Positions 1 to 11,378 of a DNA stretch of 64,000 bases are shown piece after piece (positions within the stretch are counted from its first letter, which is position 1; the number at the start of each line of letters is the position of its first letter). Location of the stretch: assembly GCF_963921235.1 (NCBI RefSeq), contig NC_086097.1, positions 170,006,001-170,070,000 on the forward strand, in the 5' to 3' direction. This DNA is from Mobula hypostoma. Its lineage: Eukaryota. Below the pieces are notes generated by a model. That model had not been told where the DNA came from. It did not search any database and was given only the letters and a program-made list of their open reading frames with translations. The position numbers were made by a program, and so were the translations under genes.

Positions 1-1570
1 AGCGTTCCTATGAAATGGTTTGTAAGCCGAAAATTCGTAAAGCGAAGAAGCAATTACCATTTATTTATATGGGGAAAATTTGTGAGTGTTCGCAGACCCA
101 AAAATAACCTACCAAATCATGCCAAATAACACATAAAACCTAAAATAACAGTAACATATAGTAAAAGCAGGAATGATATGATAAATACACAGCCTATATA
201 AAGTAGAAATACTTTTCCACAATCATTACTGCACTGTTCTCCTTAGTGAAAATCTCACGCAAGCGCCGTCGGCAGAAAATCTCACGCAATCGCTGTTGGC
301 AAAAACACGGCGCAAGCGCTCTCCAGTAACCTTTAAGCTATGAAGCTGCCAAATCATACCAAATAACACATAAAAATACACAGCCTATATAAAGTAGAAA
401 TAATGTACGTACAGTGTAGTATCACTTACTGGAGTTGGTTCAGCGCCGAGCACACTGATGATGGTGTGTTAGACTGAGTCGTTGGAGTTTGGGTGGTGCA
501 GTTGCTCCCACCCTCCAGGCCGCTGACCGATACATTGCCGCGAAGCATGCAGGAGTGCAGCGGTAGCCGGGAGGCACACAGCACATCTTTAAGAAAAAAG
601 CCGAAATAAACATGCTAATTAATTAGGTGACGACCGGCATGTATTTGTCGGTCCAGATCAGAGACCATTTCCAATTGTGTCGTCTCTGATCTGGGCCGAC
701 ATTTACGTGTTGGGCAGCACCTAATTAATTGGCTTGTTTACTTCGGCTTTTTTCTTAAAGATGTGCTGGGTGCCTCCCGGCTACCGCAGCATTCTCCGCG
801 AATCGTGGGGTTTGTGGGACGCTGGGGTGTCATCTTGTCGTCTGTTTCCATTAGAGCAGGCAGCTCATCTTCTCCTATGACTGCCCACCTCAATGTCGAA
901 GGTCGACGTTCGTCCTCTGCTGTGGCTGTTGTGGAAGGCTTGCTTGACTGCTGAGCCTTGCGCATTTTTCTATCATACAGTTCTTTGTAAAGACTCAAAC
1001 CATCCTGCAAATATCCCCTAAACCTAAGTACCCTTTCAAAATTAAATTCGTACTTTATCATTGCAGCGAAAATCTCATGCAGTTGCTTCACGTTCAGTTC
1101 CTGGACGACTTCACTTTCGGTCCGTTCGCTACTGCATTCGGTTTCAATTGTTATCCTTTCCTCTTCCAATTGCATCAGTTCTTCATCTATCAGTTCTTGG
1201 TCATGGGATGCCAAAACCTCTTCAACATCATGTTCGTCAGCTTCCACAAGCCCAACTCACTTTGTCCTTACTTCGTTCACCACGATCGAAACGCTTAATT
1301 ATGTCTAGTTTTACGCTAAGTGTAACACTCTTACGAGCTCTTTTAGGCTTTTCCAATACCTTAGAACTCACCTTGCAAATGGCTGCTGACAGGCACGTGT
1401 TTAAGCAATGCCGTTCCGAAGCCGGGGGAGAGCAGCTGATTTTCCCCATGCGCTGCTTTTTCTTCGTAACAGTGAAAACACGTTCTGAAAGCGAAAACAG
1501 GGTACTAATGTAGGTCTTTCGTAATAGTGAGGTTTCGTAAAGCGAACGTTCGAAAAGTGGGGGTCACCTG
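1..1570 (-). mobile_element. Tigger/pogo-family DNA transposon, internally deleted; other end lies outside the window
   Basis: ORF 1237-1449 encodes a CENP-B-type N-terminal HTH (KRARKSVTLSVKLDIIKRFDRGER). It is joined near 1260 to a Tigger-like acidic C-terminus (EADEHDVEEVLASHDQELIDEELMQL, ORF 738-1247), with no DDE domain between. The terminus reads CAGGTGACCCCCACTTTTCG on the minus strand from 1570, with TA at 1571-1572. Subterminal direct repeats lie at ~109-211/346-402 and ~27-bp units at ~248-320. Confidence 0.8.
560..787. repeat. Long inverted repeat (hairpin) inside the Tigger element
   Basis: Arms 560-665 and 682-787 are reverse complements (106 nt each, about 13 mismatches by manual alignment) around a 16-nt loop. 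Confidence 0.9.
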
Positions 1571-1789
1571 TATACAATCTTGAAGTGATGAAACTTAAAC
1601 AAATTTAAGTGTGATTGAGTGGTCAACAAAAGAGACAATCTCTGTTGCGCACCCCTCCCCCCCCCAGCTGCATACTGCACCGAGCAAAGCACGAATACGT
1701 AACTTGTTTCCTTTGCTTTTACCATGCTCCCACTCATGTGACTCCTTACCATAATAAACAGAATACAATGCCGGTGGAGAACAGATACA

Positions 1790-2062
1790 TGGCTCCTACA
1801 GTAACCATCCATCTTACCTACAGTGCTCATAATTTTATTTGCCTCTACAAACTCACCTTTCAGCTTTCTATGCTCCAGGAAAATTAGTCCCAGCCCATCC
1901 ATTCTCTTCTCCTCTTATAAACCCAAGTGCACCAGCCACAGTAACATACTTGTAAATCTTTTTCTGCACCCTCTCCAGGTCAGTGACAATTTTGGTGAGC
2001 AGAATTGTCTCCAGTGCTCCAAATGTGACCTTACCATGGCCCTGTACATTTTTAACAGATGC
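1790..2062 (-). mobile_element. CR1 LINE ORF2 C-terminal fragment, degraded
   Basis: Minus-strand peptides MVRSHLEHWRQFCSP and KLKGEFVEANKIM match the LVRPHLEYCVQFWSP and RLRGDLIEVYKIM motifs of better-preserved CR1 copies in this window. Confidence 0.75.
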
Positions 2063-2064
2063 AC

Positions 2065-2360
2065 AACTCCAACAGTCCAGGTTTGATCCTGATCTCCGTG
2101 ATTGTCTGGTTGATGTTTGCACATTCTCCCTGTGACCTTTCGGCATTCTTAAGGTGCTCTTATTTCCCTCCAGTTCCTAATGACATGCTGACCACGGTAA
2201 CTGTTCCCCAGTGTGGTGAGGGGATGGGGTGGGGGGGGGGGTGGAATTGCTGAACAGGTGAGAATGAATAGGACTGAGGGAAATAAATGGAGAATGGAAT
2301 TGAGGAGATTGTTTCAACATCTGCATAGATTTTGTGGGTTGTAGGGCTTCCACAATGCTG
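2065..2360 (+). mobile_element. tRNA-derived V-SINE-like element (HE1-type), degraded
   Basis: A B-box-like GGTTTGATCCT is followed by a V-domain-like core (GTTTGCACATTCTCCCTGTGACC...GGTGCTC...TTTCCCTCCAG). Confidence 0.55.
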
Positions 2361-2494
2361 TAAAGAAATCTAAATTTTTTTTATGACTTTAATTTTAAAG
2401 AGACTTGCATTTGGAAATGATGTGTAATTCTGGTCAACTGGTTATAGGAACGATAACAAAACATAGAACGGTACAGTATAGCACAACAGTATAT

Positions 2495-2860
2495 CCTCCA
2501 CATCCTTCTCCTTGGTAAATATTGATGTAGAGTACACATTAAGCATGGCATCCGTAAATATTCTCCCTTTTATCCTTGAGTGGTTCCACCTTTTCCCTAG
2601 TTATCCTCTTGCTCCTGATCTATTTATAGAATGCCCTGGGATTCTTTTTAATCCTACTTGTCAAGGTCTTTTCATGGCCCCTCCGGGCTTTCCCAATTCC
2701 CTTCTTGAGTTCTTACGGCTTCTTTATAATCCTCAAGGGCTCTATTTGTTTCCTGCTTCCTAAGATTTACATACTTTTCCTTTTTCTTCTTGACTAAGTT
2801 CATTACCTCCCTTAACATCCAAGATTGTCTTTACCTTGCCATCTTTGTCCTTCCTTCTGA
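2495..2860 (-). mobile_element. CR1 ORF2 fragment (EN-RT linker)
   Basis: Reverse complement resembles the KENPKAFY..I and LNEYFASVFTKE region of other CR1 copies here. Confidence 0.65.
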
Positions 2861-2861
2861 C

Positions 2862-3308
2862 ATACCCTCCAACCTGATGGCATGAACATTGACTTCTCTA
2901 ACTTCCGCTAAGGCCCCACCTCCCCCTCGTACCCCATCTGTTACTCATTTTTATGCACACATTCTTTCTCTCACTCTCCTTTTTCTCCCTCTGTCCCTCT
3001 GAATATACCTCTTGCCCATCCTCTGGGTCACCCCCCCCCTTGTCTTTCTTCCCGGACCTCCTGTCCCATGATCCTCTGGTATCCCCTTTTGCCTATCACC
3101 TGTCCAGCTCTCGGCTCTATCCCTCCCCCTCCTGTCTTCTCCTATCATTTTGCATCTCCCCCTCCCCCTCCAGCTTTCAAATCCCTTACTCACTCTTCCT
3201 TCAGTTAGTCCTGACGAAGGGTCTCGGCCTGAAACGTCGACTGCGCCTCTTCCTATAGATGCTGCCTGGCCTGCTGCGTTCACCAGCAACTTTGATGTAT
3301 GTTGCTTG
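2862..3308 (+). mobile_element. Penelope-like element 3' end / pseudo-LTR
   Basis: Starts with the ORF C-terminus TLQPDGMNIDFSNFR*, followed by a CT-rich UTR and a hammerhead motif. Closely similar to 22533-23000, 31522-31814 and (inverted) 48520-48960. Confidence 0.8.
3206..3243 (+). ncRNA. Minimal type I hammerhead ribozyme (Penelope-associated)
   Basis: AGTC (stem I, 3207-3210) - CTGACGA (core) - AGG/CCT (stem II) - GAAA - CG - TC - GACT (stem I', 3239-3242). Predicted cleavage after GUC at 3238. Confidence 0.75.
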
Positions 3309-3329
3309 TATTCTGTGTAGTTATTTTCT

Positions 3330-3869
3330 TTTTAAACACCCTCCATATTTCAGATGTACACTTGCCAAAAACAGCTGTTCTCAATTGTCTCTCTCAAATT
3401 CCTACTCTATGTTCTCGTAATTTGCCCTACTCCAGTTTAATACTCTCTACAAGGTCCATACTTATCTTTATCTAAGCTCTGGTCACCATTCCTTAACTGC
3501 TCACCCACTGAAAGGATGATCAATTGACCAAGCTTACTATCCAATACCAGATCCAGTACAACCACTCCTCTTGTTGAGCTATCTACATATTGATTTAAGA
3601 AACCCTTCTGGATACACCAAATAAATTCTGCATAATCTAACCCTCTTGCACTAAGAAGGTCCAGGTCCAGTGAAGTTGAAGTCCCCCATGAAAACAACCC
3701 CATTATTTTTACACCGTTCCTTGTATATCTAACTGCATATCTGTTCCTCAATGTCCCGGTAGCTATTGTGGGTCTATGGTACAATCCCAGAGTGATTACA
3801 CCCTTTCTATTTTTGAGTTCTACACATATAGACTCAGCGAACAAACCCTCCATTATGTCCCCTCTGAGT
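3330..3869 (-). mobile_element. CR1 ORF2 endonuclease fragment, interrupted at 3869/4452 and continuing to ~4480
   Basis: ORF 3437-3898 contains AESICVELKNRKGVITLGLYHRP and FLNQYVDSSTRGVVVLDLVL (APE-type endonuclease motifs). Confidence 0.8.
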
Positions 3870-4451
3870 CTGAGGTCTCTGGCGGTCAAAGCTGCCAATA
3901 GATGTTGTGTCTTAGCTGTCTAGATATGCAAGCCTGGACAGTCCTCTACGGAGAGCAAATTGCTGCCTATGTAGCAAGCTCCCCCCCTCCATGCATCTGA
4001 TGAACTCAAAGGAACGGCAGAGCCTGACACAGTTTGGTACCAGCAGTGTCGCAGAGGTTGCCAGACACCATTGAACTCAGTGTAGGACTGCCTTAGGGAA
4101 TCTGGCTCTGGATTTTTCCCTTGGGGTTTACTCCCGAAGTCTTCCCCATGAGTGGGTATAGTGCAAAGTAGCAGAGGTTTGAGATCAGAGTTTTCCTTCT
4201 CCTGGATGAGCTGCCAACCAAGGCTGACAAGCCCCATCTGACTGAAGCGACTGGTTTTAAGGCACCAGTAACCTGCCTTTGCCCCTTCTCCTGTCAGTAG
4301 AAACGGTTCCGCTGGGCTTAGTAGCTAAGCCACCCATGGTGTCCAGGAACTGGACTTGGTTGTCAGAGGCTATTTGAGGTGTATGCCATTGGGAGCATTT
4401 AATAGGCAGTGGGAGCTTGTCCCCATTACCACCCCCGGCTATAACAACCTT
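3870..4451 (-). mobile_element. Short non-coding retroelement, probably a non-autonomous RTE-group derivative
   Basis: Cleanly interrupts a CR1 (..CCTCTGAGT | AGTGCAGCTGTG.., AGT duplicated). The minus strand contains GGAGAAGGAAAACTCTGATCTCAAACC, a motif I recall from RTE-group 5' regions. Its 3' part resembles 23002-23103. No convincing ORF. Confidence 0.5.
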
Positions 4452-4699
4452 AGTGCAGCTGTGATATTGTCCCTGATTGCCTGATTGGTTAAGAAAATTA
4501 ACTTCGTTTCTCCACTGCCTACTAAGCATCTATCGAGTAATCCATGATGAGGCAAATGGGTTCTTGTATCCTTTGGGAAGTCTCCCTTACTACAGGATTT
4601 GAGAAATGATTTCTCAAGTTAATGCTTGAAGCTCCAGCAAGACTGAGTTCTGTTAATGAGCTCTACCTGAAGTCCAGCAGGGGAGCAGAATTCTCAGAA

Positions 4700-4808
4700 A
4701 AATAGAGGGCTATGGGTAACCCTAGGTAAATTTCTAAGGTAAGGATATGTTCGGCACAGCTTTGTTGGCCGAAGGGCCTGTATTGTGCTGTAGGCTTTCT
4801 ATGTTTCT
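4700..4808 (+). mobile_element. CR1 3' terminal fragment
   Basis: GGCCGAAGGGCCTGTATTGTGCTGTAG followed by a TTTCTATGTTTCT 8-mer tail. Confidence 0.75.
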
Positions 4809-5039
4809 CGAATGAAATATTTCTCCTTGCTAATTTGTCAGTAAGCTCTGGACTTCTGTATTTAACAATGAGTGCATGGACTCTTGTTTTAAGTTCGTTT
4901 CTTGTTGGCATTGTTTGTCCATTCTGACATGGTCTCGAGCCAGTGTTGAGGAATCACCCTGAGTCACAGAAGGGAATCTCACAAGCCTGTTTGATGCGGA
5001 GCTTCATGATTTAGACCCAGTGAAACTGTAGGAATGGTA

Positions 5040-7325
5040 CTATACTTCCAAGACAGGATGGTGTGTGACTTGAGGGAGAACTGTAAGTGTTGCATTCCTA
5101 TGCAGTTGGAGTGTTTGTTCTTCTGGAAGACAGAGGATGTGGATTTGTGAGGTTCTTTCTCAAGAGGGCTATCTCAAGAGCAAAGGTACAATTCTGAATG
5201 AGGTTGGAGGTGGAATTGGATGCACGTCAACTCTGGCAGGGTTTGCAGGCTATTATTTACTACGAAACGAAACCTAACAACGTGAATGGCAGAGATGCTT
5301 CACTCCCAGATGAGCTCAATGCCTTTTATACACGCTTTGAAAGGGGGAATGAAACTACAGCTATGAGGATCCCTACAACACCCAGTGACCTTGTGATCTC
5401 TGTCTTAGAGGCTGACATCATGGAGTCTTTTAAGAGGGTGAACTCTCACAAGGCAACAGGGCCCAATGGAGTAGTGCCAACCAACTGGAGGGGGTGTTCA
5501 AAGACATTTTCAATCTATCATTGCTACAGTCAGAAGTTCCCACCTCTTTCATAAGGGCAACAATTATACCAGTACCCAAGAAAAACAGAGTGAGCTGCCC
5601 TAATGACTACTGTCCAGTAGCACTGACACCTACGGTGATGAAATGCTTTGACAGGTTGGTTATGGCTAGAATTAACTCCTGTTTTAGCAAGGACCTGGAC
5701 CCACTGCAATTTGCCTTTCACCACAATAGGTCTATGGTGGGTGCAATCTCATTGGCTCTTCATGTGGCCTTGCATCACTTGGACAATACTCATGCCAATG
5801 TCAGGATGCTGTTTATAGATGAAGGCTCAGCATTTAACACAATCATTTCAAGTTCTGATTGTAAAGTTCCAGAACCTGGGCCTCTGTACTTCTCTCTGCA
5901 ACTGAATCCTTGACTTCCTAACCAGAAGACCACAATCTGTGTGGATTGGAAATACCATCTCCACCTCGCTGACATTCAACACTGGTTCACCTCAGGGATG
6001 TATGCTTAGCTCACTGCTCTGCTTTCTCCGCACCATGACAATGTGGCTAGGCACAGCTCAAATGCCATTTATAAATTTGCTGAATATACAAACTATTGTT
6101 GGCAGAATTTCAGATGGTGATGAGAGGGATACAGGCCAGAAACGAGATCTATCAGCTACTTGAGTGCTGTCACAGCAACAACCTTGCACTCAGCTTCAGT
6201 AAGACGAAAGAACTGATTGTGGACTTCAGAAAGGATAAGACGAGGAAACACACACCGGTCCTCACAGAAGGATCAGAAGTAGACAGAGTGAGCAACTTCA
6301 AGTTCTTGGGTGTCAATATCTCCGAGGATCTAACCTGGACTCAACATACCAATGCAGTTACAAAGAAGGCACAACCACAGCTAGATTTCATTTGGAGTTT
6401 GAGAAGATTTGGTTTGTCACCAAAGGCAGTCACAAATTTCTACAGATGTACCATGAAGAACATTTTTTACTGGCTGCATCACCATCTGGTATGGTATGGT
6501 GGGATGGGGGAGGGTGGGCTACTGCACAGGACTGAAATAAGCCGCAGAGTTGTAAACTCAATCAGCTCTATGATGGGTACTAGCCTCCATAGCATCCAGT
6601 AGATCTTCAAGGAGGGATACCTCGAAAGGGCGGCATCCATCATTAAGAACCACCCCTACCCCGTCACCCAGGTCATGCCCTGTTCTTATTGATATCATCA
6701 GGAAGGAGCTACAAGAGCCTGAAGGTACACACTCAATGACTCAGGATCAGCTTCTTCTCCTCTGCCATCTGATTTCTGAATGGACATTGAACCGATGAAC
6801 ACTACCTCATGACTTTTTAAATTTCTATTTTGCACTACTTATTTAATTTAACTATTTTATATATATACATACTGACCATAATTCAAGTTTTTTCTGTTAT
6901 TATGTATTGCATTGTACTGCTGCCACAAAGACAAGTTTCATGATTAATGCTGGTGATATTAAACCTGATTCTGATTCTGATTTTGGAATTGCCTCGCTGA
7001 GGATCTGGAAGGTAATTTGTGATGATGTCCACTGTAGTCACTGTGGCTGACTGTGCGGGTTGGGAGGAATATATGCTCTGTGTCGTGGCTGGAATGCCAT
7101 TCGTATTGGCTGCCTTGTCCTAGACGGTGCTGAGTTTCTTAGAGCTATTGGAACTACACTTTATCTGGACAAGTGAAGAGTATATTGTCATTCTCCTTAC
7201 TGTACTTGATAGATAAAGGAAAGGCCCTGGGGTCTCAGGAGGTGAGTGGTTCTCTGTTGATACTTCACAGCTGATCTCTTCTTGAAGCCAAAGTTTTCAA
7301 GTGGCTGATTTAATTGAGTTTCTAT
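5040..7325 (-). mobile_element. Old CR1/L2-like LINE remnant split by the Rex1 insertion (pieces ~5040-5155 and ~6985-7325)
   Basis: The two flanks of the Rex1 copy look like contiguous pieces of a highly degraded elasmobranch LINE. Recognised by eye only. Confidence 0.3.
5158..6982 (+). mobile_element. Rex1/Babar LINE, 5'-truncated, frameshifted RT
   Basis: Peptides [62 protein letters not shown] and FKFLGVNISEDLTW; (GATTCT)n tail at ~6966-6982. Confidence 0.9.
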
Positions 7326-7899
7326 ACAGTGCTCTTCTTTATTTGTAATGGATGAGTGACAGCAAGTTAAGTTTGATTGGAATTGCCACTATCAACTTAA
7401 TCTGTCCCATTGTTTATCACTCAGAGAGCTGTCAGCTCAGGGGCACTGTACCCGAGGAAAGCTGATTGTGTAAACATCAAGCAAAGTTTAATAGAGAGCC
7501 ACAGAGAGAGGATTTAAGGCAGATGAGTGACACACAGACAAAGAAGTCGAAAATCTTCACTATCCTGATGTCGTGTGAGGTTGAAATCTTTGTTTCAAAT
7601 GCTCAACTCATCTTCTGACCAATGATTCTCAATCTCCTTTTATTGAACGGGTCTGTTGAAATAGCTTTCCTTCTTGTCGTCAATTGTTTGTAGGCTATGT
7701 ATGAAATAAGAAAGGAAGGTAAACCAATAATGTGTCAGTTCAAGTATTAGGAACTTCTTCAAGGGGAGAGGAAACAGAGAGGTTTAGAAAGGCAACCACA
7801 AGGATTGAAGCCATTGCACTGAAGGCACAACTGCTAATGATGGAGAGTTGGGAATGCACCAAAGACCAGATATGAAAAAAACGGCATTGTTCCAAGAGA

Positions 7900-8575
7900 T
7901 TGTATGCTGTTTCTTTTTAAAATAAGTAACAGATTCCCCAGCACTTGCACTGTCTTGTGTCTCCTTAAGAACACAGTGTTGTGTTTGTCACTGAACGCTC
8001 TAACAGACTTCGATGGATGATCTGTTGAAAGTGTCCTGAATGATAGCATCATGGTTTGGCAGAGCAATTTCAATGCACAGGAATGTAGGAAGCTGCAGAG
8101 AGTAGCGGATTATGCCCAATGCATCATGGGTACATCCCTCTCCACTATTGGTAAAATCTACAGATGCCTCCTGAAGGCGGCAATGTCCTTCACCATCCAA
8201 ACCATGCCATTTTACAGTTCACATTGGGCAGGAGGTACAGAAGCCTGCAGTCCCATATTACCAGGTTCAAGAACAACTACTTCCCTTCAACAATTCAGTT
8301 CTTGAACCAACACAGTAAAACCCTTATCACCACAGTTTAGCAACACTATGACCACTTTGCACTGAAGTGACTTTGTTGTTTTGTTTATATGCCTGTTGTG
8401 TTCTTTCTTGTAAAGTGTGTGTAATTAATGTTCAGTTTATGTCTTTCTCCTGAATGCTGCTTATATGAAAGTTGGGACCCGTGATGCTGCTGCCAGTAAG
8501 CTTCTTGTTTCACCTGTGCATACATGTACTTGTGCATACCACAATAAACTCAAACTTGATTTTGGCTTTGACTTT
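7900..8575 (+). mobile_element. Rex1/Babar 3' fragment
   Basis: RKLQRVADYAQCIMGTSL peptide and a 3' UTR ending in AATAAAC plus GACTTT-like repeats. Confidence 0.75.
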
Positions 8576-8679
8576 GTTGCCAAATGAGGAGGCAATGCCT
8601 TTTAACAAGCACAGGGGTAAGTGACTGAAGGGGACGGTGCAAGTTCAGGTTGGCTTCCAACGACATTGGATTGGCTTCA

Positions 8680-8885
8680 GTGACAGGTACTCTGGTTCCC
8701 TCCCATATTCCAATGAGATTAATTAGCCACTGTAACTTGCCCCTAGGATGTAGGTGAGTGGTAGAATTTGGAAGAAGTGGATGGGAACTTGGTGAGAATA
8801 AAATGGGATTAATATAAACGGGTGCTTGTGGTCAGCATGGACTCAGTGGGCTGAATGGCCTGTTTCCTTGCTCTACAACTCTATT
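8680..8885 (+). mobile_element. V-SINE-like element with CR1-type 3' tail
   Basis: GGTACTCTGGTTCCCTCCCATATTCC core and GGGCTGAATGGCCTGTTTCC tail. Confidence 0.55.
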
Positions 8886-9744
8886 ATTTGACAGCTCTGA
8901 CTTCTGGTATCCCTGTGATCATGCTGATAGCTGCTGAAATACTGAGCAATAGAATTCACTTGGTTGTTCCTCAGGCTTGTTCTGAGTTAAGTCCACCTCC
9001 TGCACTAGTGTCTAACTAAACCAGCTGGTCTCCAGTAGCCTCAGGGACACACAGAGCTCATCCCATCACTGAGTTCAACTGGTCTGCAAGCTGACATTTA
9101 TTCCATTGGCATGGGAACGTATTGGCTGCTGTGATGTCAGGACCTGTTGGGAAAAGATTATGACAGAAAAAGTCCATAGGAAATGGATGAAACTAAAAAA
9201 ATATTATTTCAGTTCAGTTGACAAATCTAAGTGACTCATGTTCCAACTCTCAGTCCCTTTTCTTGTCAGTCACAGAGGGACAATGGAAGTTAATGAGACA
9301 TGAGTACTTAGGCATGCTAGATCTCACTTTAACTTCCCCAGCTTTTCAATCTTCCTTTAACAAAGGGTCTTGCAGGGCACAAGATGAGGCATGAAATATT
9401 TATATCCCATTAATAAGCAATCTTTGGGCATTTGTTCTTCAATCAAGTATCCCATCAGTTGAAGGGAATATTTTGTTTGTGTAAACAAGCTGTCACGATT
9501 TAATTAGTTTTTGTCTCTTTGGTGCTCCTAACCTTCAGTTTAATAATCGTTTTAAATTTTTGGGCATGGTTAAACTAAAAATGCATTTTGAAGGCATATG
9601 GCAGTTGTGTTACTCAGACATTCTCTTCAGTTCCTGACAGCACAATCACCTAATTCAAATGAATGTGAGTTTTGTAATACGGTGCTTAATAGAAAGGTCT
9701 GTATCTCTGAACCCCTGGGAGATCAATGCCATTTTCCATTGCTG

Positions 9745-10105
9745 CAGGTGCTGTGGGGAAGAGTTGTAAATGAACTGCTCCCAGTTCCTTTACCCAGGGA
9801 TGAAATGTCTAATATCAGAGAGCATATGTTTAAGGTGAGAGGGGGTAAGTTCAAAGTGATTGTGTGGGTTAAGTTCGTTTTTTTTACACTGAAACCTGTT
9901 CTTCGCATCTGTTGCCTGGGTGGTGGTGGAGTCAAATATGATAGAGGCATTCAAGAGGCTCTTAGGCACGTGAGTGTGCAGGAAATGCAAAGATATAGAT
10001 ATTTTGGAAGCAGATGCTGGGTATTTCATTATCAATTTAATTAGCTTGGCACAACGTTGTGGGCCAAAGGGCCTGTTCTTTCTTGGTACTGTTTTAGATT
10101 TGATG
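9745..10105 (+). mobile_element. CR1 3' fragment
   Basis: SNIREHMFKVRGGKFK peptide and GGGCCAAAGGGCCTGTTC tail. Confidence 0.7.
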
Positions 10106-10129
10106 TTCTATTACAGTTTTTCCTCACAC

Positions 10130-10375
10130 AATCCTGGCTTCAACCAATCAGGGATCCTCATTTTAACCTATTCATCCTTCCCTCTTCCCCACCCACACCT
10201 TCTCTGTTATGCAGAACTAAATTTTTTCTTTCTTTCCCATTAATGATGAAGGGTCTCTGACTTGAAGTGCTAGCTCTTTTTCTTTCTACAGATGCTGCCT
10301 GACCTGCTCAGACCACACAAGAGACAACAGGTGCTGGAAGCTGGAGCAACAAAAGCAATCTGCTGGAGCACTTGT
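10130..10375 (+). mobile_element. Degraded Penelope-derived repeat with hammerhead remnant
   Basis: TGATGAAGGGTCTCTGACTTGAAG followed by CAGATGCTGCCTGACCTGCT, similar to the Penelope 3' copies. Confidence 0.45.
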
Positions 10376-10394
10376 GGGGGTCTGTTCCTCATTC

Positions 10395-11378
10395 TAAGTA
10401 TACCATGTACAACTGGGCAGTGGACTTTCTACCCACAGACCTCCGATGGTTCGGATGCACAACTGCTCCTCCTTCCTCATCGTCCTCAATGTGGGTGCCC
10501 CCCAGGGCTGTGAGCTGAGCCCGTTGCTGTACACTCTGCTCACACATGACTGCACAGCCAGACACTCAGGTAATCATATTGGCCAATGACATGACAGTGG
10601 TGGGGCTCATCGCCAACAATGATGAGATGGCTTACTGAGTGGAAGTAGAAGAGTTGAAGACCTGGTGCCAGGGAAATAACCTCTTCCTTAATCTTAACAA
10701 GGCAAAGGAGATGGTTATCAACTTCAGGAAAGCCCAAACCACTCTAAAATCCTCTCACATCTATACTCACGTCATTCTACAGATGTGCGGTAGAGGGAAT
10801 CCTAACAGGTTGCGTCTCTGCGTGGTATGGAAACTGCACTGCAGTAGACAGGAAAGCTCCACAGCGGGCAGTCAAAATTGCCAACTGCATCAGTGGCACC
10901 AGCCTGCCTGGCATCAAGATCATATATATAAAAAAATGCCAGAAAAGGGCCAGTGTTGTAATGAACGATCCCACCGACTCTGCTTGTGAACTGTTTGTCC
11001 CACTCCCATCACGTAGGAGGCCAAGTAACATCCATGGCAGGACCACCAAACTCACAAACAGTTACTGTCTCCAAGCAGTAAGGCTGATCAACACGTCCCC
11101 TCACTAACCTACCCCTCCACACCACCAAACACCACTACTTTATCATTTCCTGTCAGACACATCTATGATTAGTGTCACTTTATAGACATCAAACCAACCG
11201 ACATATATAAGCTATCTTACATATGTACTGTATATTTATTGTGGGTTTTAAAATTATTATTGTATTCGTTATCTTGTTGAGTCTTTTGTGCAGCATTGAA
11301 TCCAGAGTAAACATTATTCTGTTGCCCTTTACAATTGTGTACTGGAAATAACATTAAACCTACTTGTCTTGAACCTTG
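10395..11378 (+). mobile_element. Rex1/Babar fragment
   Basis: PQG motif region, WCQGNNLFLNLNKAKEMVINFRK and a TTGAAC-like tail. Confidence 0.8.

Noticed and set aside
248..320. Short 27-bp direct repeats as a CRISPR-like array
   Set aside because: They are tandem without unique spacers and lie inside a Tigger subterminal region; there are no cas genes.
2951..3289. Recurrent ORF MLVNAAGQAASIGRG..VSGRDPSSGL (also 22584-23030 and 31483-31767) as a small gene family
   Set aside because: These are antisense readings of the Penelope terminal repeat; frames and lengths are not conserved between copies.
4663..4911. 82-aa minus-strand ORF starting with ATG
   Set aside because: About half is an antisense CR1 tail (4700-4808). 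The remainder has no recognisable domain or splice support.
7694..7718. Possible 25-nt microexon (ttgtag|GCTATGTATGAAATAAGAAAGGAAG|gtaaac)
   Set aside because: The donor is weak, the peptide is unrecognisable, and such AG/GT pairs arise by chance. It needs RNA-seq.
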